IMG/VR virus record: IMGVR_UViG_3300037882_003354
Coordinates: 62,001 to 126,000 of that record
Length of the DNA: 64,000 nucleotides
Direction: 5' to 3' (one strand)
This document shows, piece after piece, positions 1 to 8,478 of this stretch (position 1 is the first letter of the stretch; each line of letters begins with the position of its first letter). Both the position numbers and the translations under genes were made by a program. The notes under the pieces are model-generated. The model saw only the letters and a program-made list of their open reading frames with translations. It searched no databases and was not told where the DNA came from.

Positions 1-2
1 TG

Positions 3-605
3 AAGATCTCTGCTGCACATGAAGATCACACCACGACGTATGTTGGTTCCATACACTTCGTTATGTGCTTCTGCGTAGGCCACCAGTTGTACGTAGTAGT
101 CTTCCACCCATTCTGCCTTCTTGGGTTTGTTGGTTTGTTTGTGGTCAGCAATGGCTGGCTCACCGTCATACACACCCACCAGGTCTGTGGTGCCGCTGTA
201 CAAGCCGGGAAAGTACAGGCTCTGCTCCATGGCCCAGACTTCATTCATTTTGCTCAATCCATGTTCAATGATGACATCAGCCATGCGATTGGCCTGTACA
301 TGCACTGGATTGTTCCCCGGTTGTCGCTGCTCACCGATTAGGAATCGTTCCAGATTGGCGTGCATGGCACTTCCTACTCCGGCCGCTTCTGTGGTGATTT
401 GTTGAGCTTTTTCCACTCCCACACGCTTCCGCCATTCGTTGAGTGCTGTCATGTCCTTGGTGGCACTCAGTATGGTGGTCACCGAGGGCAGTCGTTCACC
501 GTCGGGTGTCAGATACACTCGCTTGCGTGTCACAGGATCATTGATCTGTTGACATTTTTTATATTGGAATCTTTCGACGAACGGTGGAGGATTGTAAGTG
601 GTCAT
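3..605 (-). CDS. PD-(D/E)XK exonuclease (Cas4/MGME1-like phage exonuclease), 3' end runs off window start
   Basis: Not in ORF track (no stop in window). Manual translation from ATG at 605: MTTYNPPPF...LPSVTTIL...EWRKRVG...G..MH...YSGTTDLVG...IADHKQT...YYVQLVAYAEAHNE, the typical motif order of this family. Confidence 0.8.
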   Translation of the reverse strand, partial: MTTYNPPPFVERFQYKKCQQINDPVTRKRVYLTPDGERLPSVTTILSATKDMTALNEWRKRVGVEKAQQITTEAAGVGSAMHANLERFLIGEQRQPGNNPVHVQANRMADVIIEHGLSKMNEVWAMEQSLYFPGLYSGTTDLVGVYDGEPAIADHKQTNKPKKAEWVEDYYVQLVAYAEAHNEVYGTNIRRGVIFMCSRDL

Positions 606-640
606 ATACTGACTATAACATCAGTATTGGAATACTTCAA
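606..640 (-). promoter_or_regulatory. sigma70-like promoter, probably leaderless transcript
   Basis: TTGAAG(635-640)-17 nt-TATAGT(612-617), 6 nt before the ATG at 605, no SD. Confidence 0.5.
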
Positions 641-979
641 CTATTTTATTGCAGTTTTGGCGTTGCGGCTGGCCATTTGATCCACGCTGGGACCTGCTGG
701 CGTTTGAGCAGCATCCGGCTTCTGATTGCTGGCAGTCTTGGTTTTCAGAACAACTGTGCCGTTGTCCAGTATGTCAGAGATGACATCACCTGCAGGATCC
801 AGGGAGTTTTTCAGTGCTCTCAGGCCGTCAGGGGTGGATATGCCCAGTCCCAGTGGCTTGAGCATGTGCATGACCACTGGAAAGGGCAATTCAGAAGATT
901 GGCCCTGCTGGTTGGCCTGGCCTTGAAGTACCGCCAGAACGTCTCTGGCGGACCCTTGATCTACTTCAAACAATCTCAT
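641..979 (-). CDS. hypothetical protein, possible head-associated protein
   Basis: 112 aa ORF overlapping stop of upstream gene (ATGA); N-terminus MRLFE resembles other x-x-E leader proteins in window. Confidence 0.7.
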   Translation of the reverse strand: MRLFEVDQGSARDVLAVLQGQANQQGQSSELPFPVVMHMLKPLGLGISTPDGLRALKNSLDPAGDVISDILDNGTVVLKTKTASNQKPDAAQTPAGPSVDQMASRNAKTAIK

Positions 980-2790
980 CTGGCCAGTTTGCTCATGATG
1001 CTGTGACTTTCGGACAATTTTCTGGCGCGCTGCTGAGCCCGGCTTTCACGCATTTCGCGTCCACTGGTCTCATCGCCGCCAGCGGCAGCATCACTAGCAC
1101 CGAACTCATCGCCAGCTGGCGTTGGGTTCATCTCGTCTGGTGCACTCAGGTCCATGCCTGGCTCTTGACCACCCATGTCTGGTTCCATGCCCATGGGCTC
1201 TTCTGCGCCAGCCTCACCGGCCAGAGTGGCCACTGCGTTGCTGATGGCTTCACGTTGTTGTGTCAGTGTTTCCAGTGTGGCAGACAAGGCAGGTGCCACT
1301 GATTGTTTGAATGCCTCAGCTTCAGCAGCACCAAACTCTGAACGAATCTCGTCAGCCAATTCGATGATGGCCTTGGTCTGATACTGGCCCACACGTTGCA
1401 TCCAGCTGGTGAAGTCATTGACCATGTCACCGGCGGCGGTGATGGCTTTAGCCTTGGCTTCTTCATCTTCCATCAGGAAGAATTCAATACTTTCGTTGAC
1501 AAACTTGACGTTCTGCTTGAATACTGAACGTGATTCCTTGGCCTGCTGTTTCCACATGGCGGCGGCGGCCACTGCCTTGGGATCACGGGCACCGCTCTTG
1601 GCGGCTGCTTTCTCCACCTTGGCGAAACCCTTGCCTGGCTTGCCGATGTCGCCACCTGCCTTGGCCTTCTTGACCACAGCAGACTTTTCCTTGGCACTCA
1701 TACCAGCACTGGGCTTGGTTTCGGCAACGCTTTCACGTTCCATTCTGTCAGCATATGCCTGGTCGTCGGCTGCCTTTTCACGTGCCATTCTGGCCAGTGT
1801 GGCCTTGGCGCGCTCGTCACCTGCGGCGGCTTTCTTTTGCAATTCTTTTTCACGATGAGCCCTGAGCTCTCTGCCCTGCTGTGCATCTGGTGAGTTTGGA
1901 TTATATGCTTCCTTGACCTTCTTGGACTTCTTTTCTTCAGGCTCAGGTTGGTCTTTGGTGGCTTTCTTGGTGTAAACTGTGCCAGTAGTGGTGTTCTTCT
2001 TGTCGAATTTGTCAGTACCCTTGGCGCGCTTTTCGGCGGCATGGCGTTCAGCATTGGCCTTTTCCATGTCATCGAAACCCTCGTCAAGTTCGTAGCCTTC
2101 TTTCATATGGCCATGTAGTTTAGCCCGTTGCACAATTCGTTTCGCATCATCAATGGATTTTACTGAATCAATGTCGTAAAGATTATGGTGTTCTGGCGGG
2201 ATCGAACGTTTTAGATTGTTTATCATACCGATTAACTTACCCGCAGCCCAGTTTGTCTTTATGTCATTGAAAATGCCTTCTTCTACTGCGCACTTGCAGG
2301 TGGCGGCTGGCTTCTTGCACTTGGCGCACATCTTCTTGGCGGCTTCTTGGAATGGCTTGCCGGCCTTGTCGGCTTTTTTACCGCCCTTTTCGTCCTTGCC
2401 CAGACGTCCAGCAATAACATCGCCCTGGGTGACCTTGTCGTAAGGTTTGGCGTTGTTGGCTAAGTTGCCATCACCCTTGGCCTTCTTGGCTTCGGTCAGT
2501 TGGTCCATTTTATCGCGCAATTGTTTCATTTGTTCACCTAACATTTCTTTAATCCTTGTGTTGAGCAATTCTAACATTGCTTTGTCTTTTTGGTATGTTT
2601 CGTTGGTCAGCAGGTCATTGATACCAGCTGAACCCTCTTGTTGAAAAATCCGGGTGCGCAACTTGTTGCGAATGTCTTCCAACTGCTCACGATCATACTT
2701 GTTCAAGTTGATCCGGGCGCCGAACTGCTTCTCTAAACTTTCTTGCAATTTGGCACTGGAAAGTTTGCTGTAAAAGACGTTTGTTTTCAT
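976..2790 (-). CDS. putative prohead core/scaffold or internal head protein
   Basis: 604 aa, K/E/A-rich and helical, many hydrophobic-x-E sites (LQE, LTE, MKE, LDE, VKE, VAE, VNE, LME, MRE, LSE); perfect TATAAATA upstream at 2818-2825. Function inferred. Confidence 0.55.
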   Translation of the reverse strand: MKTNVFYSKLSSAKLQESLEKQFGARINLNKYDREQLEDIRNKLRTRIFQQEGSAGINDLLTNETYQKDKAMLELLNTRIKEMLGEQMKQLRDKMDQLTEAKKAKGDGNLANNAKPYDKVTQGDVIAGRLGKDEKGGKKADKAGKPFQEAAKKMCAKCKKPAATCKCAVEEGIFNDIKTNWAAGKLIGMINNLKRSIPPEHHNLYDIDSVKSIDDAKRIVQRAKLHGHMKEGYELDEGFDDMEKANAERHAAEKRAKGTDKFDKKNTTTGTVYTKKATKDQPEPEEKKSKKVKEAYNPNSPDAQQGRELRAHREKELQKKAAAGDERAKATLARMAREKAADDQAYADRMERESVAETKPSAGMSAKEKSAVVKKAKAGGDIGKPGKGFAKVEKAAAKSGARDPKAVAAAAMWKQQAKESRSVFKQNVKFVNESIEFFLMEDEEAKAKAITAAGDMVNDFTSWMQRVGQYQTKAIIELADEIRSEFGAAEAEAFKQSVAPALSATLETLTQQREAISNAVATLAGEAGAEEPMGMEPDMGGQEPGMDLSAPDEMNPTPAGDEFGASDAAAGGDETSGREMRESRAQQRARKLSESHSIMSKLAR

Positions 2791-2820
2791 ATGAGTTCCA
2801 AAAAGTATCTTATAGGTTAT

Positions 2821-3291
2821 TTATACTGATTGTACTTGTTTTCTAAGTTTCTCAAAACTCACAACAATCTGTTTCTTGTATTGATCTTTTTTCTGTTTGG
2901 CCACCAGGTATTTGACCAGCATGATGTTGGCACGATCCGGATCCCGGGCACGATGGCGCTCGTTGGATTGTTTGAGTAATGTTTCTTCAAACAGAGCATA
3001 CCCGTAGTTGGCATCCTGCGTGATCAGTGTACCCACAGACCTGCCCAGTGCCATGTTGTTGGCAATCATGATGGCGGTTTGTGGCAAATTGATCAGCTGA
3101 GCTATGACGTCATGCTTGGTCACCACAGAATAAAATCCATCTGCATGCTTGACAATGGTGTACATGCCCAGACTGACTGATCCATCCTCATGATCCATGG
3201 GGATGGCCAATCCACGGCTGCGAAATTTTTTGCTGGTTTCGTTGGTCAAAAGTATAAACTTTTGATAAATTTCATCACTTATTGGTTTCAT
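2821..3291 (-). CDS. hypothetical protein
   Basis: 156 aa ORF in tightly overlapping operon. Confidence 0.75.
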   Translation of the reverse strand: MKPISDEIYQKFILLTNETSKKFRSRGLAIPMDHEDGSVSLGMYTIVKHADGFYSVVTKHDVIAQLINLPQTAIMIANNMALGRSVGTLITQDANYGYALFEETLLKQSNERHRARDPDRANIMLVKYLVAKQKKDQYKKQIVVSFEKLRKQVQSV

Positions 3292-3484
3292 TGATTGTTC
3301 TAATTAATGTGTTGCTGTCTTCACCCACACCGTATGCGCCCTTGCGCACCAGATTCTGGGCAATCCAGGAGTCATGTTCGCTCAAACTGGACACTGTGAC
3401 GATACCGGCATGCCGGTCCATGAACATCTGCTCTTCATTGGTCACAGGGAGGTTGACGCCGGCCAGCAGTTGGTGTATTTTCAT
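3275..3484 (-). CDS. hypothetical protein
   Basis: 69 aa ORF overlapping both neighbours. Confidence 0.7.
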   Translation of the reverse strand: MKIHQLLAGVNLPVTNEEQMFMDRHAGIVTVSSLSEHDSWIAQNLVRKGAYGVGEDSNTLIRTINETNK

Positions 3485-3726
3485 ACAGATGGAGCTGCTC
3501 GCAGATCGGACAATTGTTTCTGCAAGGCTGTAATTTGATCTTGAAGAGCTTTTTCTTGCTGTGTTTTCTGTTGTTTGGCCTTCACTGCCTGTGCCGCCTG
3601 CATGGCATTGTTGGGTTGAGCTGCTCCGCCCGGGGGGACTGGCGCGCCGCCAGGTGGTGGGACAGTTGCGCCCAGCGCCATTGGCTGAGGTGCAACTGTC
3701 TGCTCAAATAATTCCCTAATTCTCAC
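3481..3726 (-). CDS. Pro/Gln-rich hypothetical protein with MRIRELFE leader
   Basis: 81 aa, C-terminal coiled coil, ATGA overlaps on both sides. Confidence 0.7.
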   Translation of the reverse strand: MRIRELFEQTVAPQPMALGATVPPPGGAPVPPGGAAQPNNAMQAAQAVKAKQQKTQQEKALQDQITALQKQLSDLRAAPSV

Positions 3727-3962
3727 ATTGCGCCCTTGTTTAATATGACAATTAGCACAGTCAGAACACCAGTGACTATGGTGCCTGCTGTGCCCACAAT
3801 GACCTTGGTCATGCTGTCACGGCTCTCTTCAATGATGGTTTGCAAAGAACCCACTTTGCTTTCAATGCTGGTCAGTCTCTTTTCCAGACTGTCATATCTC
3901 TGTGAACAGAGTTCCACGTGTGCCTCTAGGTTTTCTTTTTCGATGTCAGTGGGATTTACCAT
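3723..3962 (-). CDS. small coiled-coil protein with C-terminal transmembrane helix
   Basis: Start moved to 3962 (AAGGAG SD); LEAHVELC..RY coiled coil then VIVGTAGTIVTGVLTVLIVIL. Confidence 0.7.
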   Translation of the reverse strand: MVNPTDIEKENLEAHVELCSQRYDSLEKRLTSIESKVGSLQTIIEESRDSMTKVIVGTAGTIVTGVLTVLIVILNKGAM

Positions 3963-4028
3963 TTTCAGCTCCTTATAATAATCGGTCGTCTTAATCTTAA
4001 CATTGGTGATCATGATCAACGTGATTCC

Positions 4029-4457
4029 TTAGTTTGTGCCTGGCAATGCCTTGACTATTGTGTTCTTACTGGCGATGTCTTTGAGATCAAATATGGCCTT
4101 GCTAATATTTATGGTTTCCGTGAGATTTTTAATGATTGGAACCCCATTTAAGTCGTCGATCAAACAGCCCACTGGATCCCCATGTTCATTTATGTACACA
4201 CCACTTCTATCTGGTCTAAGTATAAAAGTCCAGATGGCATGTTTGCCCTTGAATGCATTGCCAAAACCCTGTGATTTAACGTCTGCCACCTCCCTGATGG
4301 GCGGGTCATCGTAAGAAATTATACTGCGTATTTCTGCACACTGAGTCAGTGTGATGAAGTTCTTGTTTTGATCCAGCTGTCGTTGTGAGCCCTGAGTCAA
4401 TCGTATGATGCCAGTGTGTGTGATATCCACCAGCGTTCGAATTTCTATTGTGTCCAT
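4029..4457 (-). CDS. hypothetical late protein
   Basis: 142 aa ORF; perfect TATAAATA at 4476-4483. Confidence 0.75.
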   Translation of the reverse strand: MDTIEIRTLVDITHTGIIRLTQGSQRQLDQNKNFITLTQCAEIRSIISYDDPPIREVADVKSQGFGNAFKGKHAIWTFILRPDRSGVYINEHGDPVGCLIDDLNGVPIIKNLTETINISKAIFDLKDIASKNTIVKALPGTN

Positions 4458-4486
4458 AAAGTACCTACTTTATGATATTTATAGTC

Positions 4487-4516
4487 AAAAGAATGGGGAG
4501 TTAAAAAACTCCCCAT
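4487..4516 (-). terminator. intrinsic terminator
   Basis: 10-bp perfect stem ATGGGGAGTT/AACTCCCCAT (4493-4516) followed on minus strand by TCTTTT, just after the 4538..4936 stop. Confidence 0.75.
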
Positions 4517-4537
4517 CACATGCTCTAATTTGTTAGA

Positions 4538-4936
4538 TTAGAATGTGAAAGCAGTCACAGTGGCAGATGCTAGGTTGACAGACCGGTGTGTACCAGCGGC
4601 CTGTACTAGATCTTCCAGGTGAGCAGCAAATGTTTCGCTATTTGTACCGTCATAAGTGTCAGTACCAAAGGAACCGCCGGCTGCTGCAACAGCAAAACGT
4701 AGCAATTGGCCAGCGTTAGAACCGCTGTCAGCTTGTACTGTACCGATGACTTCGATGGAACAGACTTGTTGGATTGCTTCCAATGCCACTGCAACAGGGC
4801 TACGAGCACCTGCTGCTGTTGCTTCTAGCAAGGCAGAAACGTCTGCAGCGAAGTCAATTTGGAAAAACTGTAGTGTCACGCCGTTCTTGTAAAACGGTGC
4901 TACTACGTCTTCGTGTTTTTTGATTAATGATGCCAT
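4538..4936 (-). CDS. putative abundant virion structural protein (possible head decoration)
   Basis: 132 aa Ala-rich; own late promoter (4995-5002), AGGAG SD and own terminator, i.e. a stand-alone high-expression unit. Function inferred. Confidence 0.5.
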   Translation of the reverse strand: MASLIKKHEDVVAPFYKNGVTLQFFQIDFAADVSALLEATAAGARSPVAVALEAIQQVCSIEVIGTVQADSGSNAGQLLRFAVAAAGGSFGTDTYDGTNSETFAAHLEDLVQAAGTHRSVNLASATVTAFTF

Positions 4937-5037
4937 GTTAATATCTCCTGTTTTTTATCAGTTGGTGAGACTCCGTGTGAGTCTCTAGTAGAAGTATTTA
5001 TTCATAAATTGAAAAAACTGCTGCATATGCAAAAATT

Positions 5038-5337
5038 TCAATCGGAATTGTCAAGATTGCCTGAAATAACCTTGAGACGACTGACCGTTTCCTTGTTGTC
5101 TCTGAGTTTGCGTATGCTGCGTACAAACTTGCTGGGGTCTCCGGCCTTGATGCTGTTGATGAACCTGCGTTCCAACTCATAGGCTTGTTCAGGAGTAAAG
5201 GTTTCCTTGATGAGATTGAGTAAATTTATACTACTATCAATCACATGTGTGGCTCTAGACTCAATGATGGCCTCCCCGTGTTTTTTCTCGGATATGGAGT
5301 TTAATTCTTCCAACAAGCTACGAGTTGTTTTTTTCAA
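5038..5337 (-). CDS. hypothetical late protein
   Basis: 99 aa helical ORF; CTAAATA at 5356-5362. Confidence 0.75.
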   Translation of the reverse strand: MKKTTRSLLEELNSISEKKHGEAIIESRATHVIDSSINLLNLIKETFTPEQAYELERRFINSIKAGDPSKFVRSIRKLRDNKETVSRLKVISGNLDNSD

Positions 5338-5410
5338 GACACATTCCTTTTGTAATATTTAGCATGCATGGACACGGTGTAAAAACATATACATAATTCG
5401 CCCAAACCAG

Positions 5411-5470
5411 TTGATGTTGTGCATTAATGTGCGTATACTAAATACTTGCGCTGGTAATAGTTACCAGCGC
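5411..5470 (+). promoter_or_regulatory. overlapping sigma70-like and late promoters followed by a 10-bp hairpin
   Basis: TTGATG-17-TATACT (5411-5439), CTAAATA (5438-5444), stem GCGCTGGTAA-TAG-TTACCAGCGC (5448-5470). Confidence 0.55.
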
Positions 5471-5501
5471 ACAGACATTAACACACACATAAGGAGATTA
5501 C

Positions 5502-5780
5502 ATGTCAACACCTTTCACCACCCCCAAGCTGCCAGAAGTCAAGTTTAATAAGAATGGATACGAGATCCGTTCAGATATCCTGGACATGGCCAAGAATCTG
5601 GTCACTGAAGAATATCATTCCAAGTTTCACGGCTGGGAAATGTCAGTGGCCAAGGACGAAAAGACCGGCGCGTTGGTTACCACAGTGGGCATGCCTGCTT
5701 TCCCAGGCCTGGACAAAGTTCTTGAAACAGCAGAAAAAATGTACAGTTTTGTAAATGCCGGTGCTGTCAAGAGTAAATAA
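5502..5780 (+). CDS. hypothetical protein
   Basis: 92 aa, AAGGAG SD; lone plus-strand gene in this block. Confidence 0.8.
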   Translation: MSTPFTTPKLPEVKFNKNGYEIRSDILDMAKNLVTEEYHSKFHGWEMSVAKDEKTGALVTTVGMPAFPGLDKVLETAEKMYSFVNAGAVKSK

Positions 5781-5857
5781 AGAGTTAGAAATCATAATAT
5801 CGGCATAGCCGAAATAATAATCGATGAAGTGAAGGCGCTCCAGCAATGGGGCGTTTT

Positions 5858-6442
5858 CTATTTGCGCTGGATCATGCGCTTCTTGATTATTTTTACCACC
5901 TGTTCACTCAACACCACCTCGTAGTGGTTGTAATCCAGTTCGATCAATTCCATGTCATGCTCGTGGTGACGTTGACTGGCCACAGTGACCACCCCGTCAT
6001 TGGACTCGCGTATCCAGGCAGCATCACCCTTGGTGGTCACCACGTTACACCAGGGATGCTGTATTTTCATACGACTTGCCTGCTGCATGGGCCAACTTGA
6101 AGGACCAATGTCCCGTAACAGTCTGCTGAATGGCAGGAAATACTTGGCGTAATCTGCAATCTCAGCGCCACCATAAGGGGTGCTTAATGTCACAGCACCA
6201 CGTACCTGTTGTGGCATGGCATTGGCCAGGTGTAGAGAATATATACCACCCAGGCTATGTGCTACAAAAAATATGTCCTCAACATCATTCAGTGTTTTCT
6301 GCATGTCTCGGAGATTGTTTTCAAATCCGTTGGCGCTGTCATAATTCATCACCAGGTCCTGCCCACTCACCCGACCTCTAATGTAGTTGAAACTTTCACT
6401 AGTGGCCCGGGCACCATGAATATAAACCAAGGTCATGATCAA
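5858..6442 (-). CDS. alpha/beta-hydrolase (esterase/lipase-like)
   Basis: YIHG oxyanion motif, AHSLGG nucleophile elbow, TLSTPYGG, NDGVV, terminal NHYEV. Confidence 0.85.
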   Translation of the reverse strand: MIMTLVYIHGARATSESFNYIRGRVSGQDLVMNYDSANGFENNLRDMQKTLNDVEDIFFVAHSLGGIYSLHLANAMPQQVRGAVTLSTPYGGAEIADYAKYFLPFSRLLRDIGPSSWPMQQASRMKIQHPWCNVVTTKGDAAWIRESNDGVVTVASQRHHEHDMELIELDYNHYEVVLSEQVVKIIKKRMIQRK

Positions 6443-7434
6443 TGCCCAGTGGTTATGGGTTCGCTGCGTAAATATTTGGGATAACGCTTGTTAAAGTGAC
6501 GCATGACCACGCCCGCCAATTGATTGGCTTGATTTTCTTCTGGCGACCCAGTCTGCCCACTGTCCGGATTCAATTGATCCTTGATGTCCTGACGATAATG
6601 CACCAGCTCATGGGCAATGGTTCGTAGTATGTCGTTGGGGTGACGATTGATCAATGCCACATGCAACACCCGAGTGTCACTGTTATACTTGCCAAATGTC
6701 GGCTGTTCTTGGTCAGCTATACTGGTCTCAAAACGCATCTCAGGCAGGCTGTTTAATTCCAGATGGTGCATGGCCAAGGGTAGAAATTTAGAGAATACAT
6801 CCAGGAAATCGGCTTTGTGCTGCGTTAAATGCCCAACACCTTCACGTATGGCCTGTGTGGCTCCGCTAGGTCCCACATAATATGCCCTAAAGTCCACATC
6901 AGGGTACTCTACTTTCAGGCTCTTGAACACCCGGAGGTTGCTCATGCTGTCATCGTATAATCTCACGTGATCATATTTGCCAGTGTCCAGATATCTGCGT
7001 ACCCAGATGGCTTTCTTTTCTGCAGGGATGTCATCACCCGGCAGATTGCCGGCACGATGCACATGCACCTGGCTCATGTCAATGCCCAGGTCACTGAATG
7101 TCTTGAGGAACAAGTGTTTGTCATCAAAGTCTGCACGAGCAGTCAGCATGATGATTTCAGCATTAGCAGCATGAGCCATGATGGTGTTCAATTTGTTGAT
7201 CATGGGCTGTATGGGGCGACTCTCTTGATTGAACTTTTCAGCCGACCGAAACTCACCAAAGTCAAACTGTTCACCTGGTTCAAGTTCGTAACTGTTAAAC
7301 TCTTGATTGGTCAGTTCACGAGTCACCTGACCATCTTTGACCACCTTGATCCGGGCAGTGGTGTGCAGCAGGGTGTCATCTATGTCAAATATGACCAGAC
7401 TCTTTTTAGGCTGATTGAATTCTTTGGCTCTCAT
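6439..7434 (-). CDS. HAD-family phosphatase fused to HExxH metallopeptidase-like domain
   Basis: VIFDIDDTL (DxDxT), LTAR, LYDD motifs; C-terminal LRTIAHELVHYRQ...ENQA. Confidence 0.75.
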   Translation of the reverse strand: MRAKEFNQPKKSLVIFDIDDTLLHTTARIKVVKDGQVTRELTNQEFNSYELEPGEQFDFGEFRSAEKFNQESRPIQPMINKLNTIMAHAANAEIIMLTARADFDDKHLFLKTFSDLGIDMSQVHVHRAGNLPGDDIPAEKKAIWVRRYLDTGKYDHVRLYDDSMSNLRVFKSLKVEYPDVDFRAYYVGPSGATQAIREGVGHLTQHKADFLDVFSKFLPLAMHHLELNSLPEMRFETSIADQEQPTFGKYNSDTRVLHVALINRHPNDILRTIAHELVHYRQDIKDQLNPDSGQTGSPEENQANQLAGVVMRHFNKRYPKYLRSEPITTGH

Positions 7435-7624
7435 AGGAGTATTTAGTTATAAAAGTGCCCCCTGGTTTTTAGCATCCGGGTAGCGAATCCATTTGCTCAA
7501 GGCCGGGGGCCCGCCTCCATCACGCAACTAGTGCGGGTCCTAAGGATGGTCCTGTTTAAGTTCTGGCGGATGTGGTATGTTCACCATGTCATACCCGTAT
7601 CTCGCAAGACCTTGTATTATTTGT

Positions 7625-8443
7625 TCAATCAACTGCTGCATTTATGCCACATTGAGACTGTTTCGCTCGGGACAAGTCACCAAAGTTCACTGGCCATTCT
7701 TGGCCGGCATTCAGTTCCTTGACATCTACTGGAAATGCAAAATCCACACCAGACGATTTTTCAATTTGATCTATGGGCACGCGGAATTTTGTTAGATCCT
7801 TGCCCAGGTTGGGGTAAGGTTTGACATGCGGAAACTGCCAGGCTGCTGCTTGTCCAGTGGTGTTGTTGATCACTATCTTGTAAAAAGCATGGGGGACTGT
7901 CACAGCCTTGCCAATTTTTTTATCATTGCTGTTGTATAGACTGCCCACATGCACGGTATAACTCTGCCCAGTGGACACTGTCCAATCTCTGATGCTGGTT
8001 TCCAACAATTTCCATATGCCACGGTTCAGGGATGGAGCCTGCGGCGAAATATTGGTCATCAAGAAACTTTCAAATTCAACTTGGGCGTCCCAGGATAGAT
8101 CACCGCTAGGACTCATGTGACCCTTGTCGAACCCTGTGCCAACATAGTCGCTGGTCCTGGCTCCATTTTTAATGCTTTGATCTGCAGTAAACGTATTTGT
8201 GCGAATCACGCACCCCAATGCATTTTGGGATGTCAAATTATATGTGACATATCGGGGAATTTTGGCGGCAGCGTCATAGCCCACCAAGTATGCCTGACGG
8301 CAGATGGTGTGCACTCCTGAGGTCTGTGGAAAACCCCAGGGTGCATGTATTTTACATGTGACTAAATCTTGCGGTGGTCTTTGTGTCCAGGCCTGCACAA
8401 CTGTGGATGCACATAGTAATAATATCGCAAGTAATTTTTTCAT
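7625..8443 (-). CDS. DNA/RNA non-specific endonuclease (NucA/EndA family) with signal peptide
   Basis: MKKLLAILLLCASTVVQA signal; DKGHMSP, FLMTNISPQAPSLNRGIWKLLE, VPHAFYKIV motifs. Confidence 0.9.
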   Translation of the reverse strand: MKKLLAILLLCASTVVQAWTQRPPQDLVTCKIHAPWGFPQTSGVHTICRQAYLVGYDAAAKIPRYVTYNLTSQNALGCVIRTNTFTADQSIKNGARTSDYVGTGFDKGHMSPSGDLSWDAQVEFESFLMTNISPQAPSLNRGIWKLLETSIRDWTVSTGQSYTVHVGSLYNSNDKKIGKAVTVPHAFYKIVINNTTGQAAAWQFPHVKPYPNLGKDLTKFRVPIDQIEKSSGVDFAFPVDVKELNAGQEWPVNFGDLSRAKQSQCGINAAVD

Positions 8444-8478
8444 ATAATAGTAGTGACCGTCAACTACTATTATTTATG

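Noticed and set aside
7507-7549. HDV-like/theta ribozyme
   Set aside because: Topology and a CUAAG linker are suggestive, but L3 (GCAACUA) lacks the conserved U/C-C-C and there is no GG for P1.1; it is also antisense to flanking genes. Retained only as a generic structured-RNA candidate.
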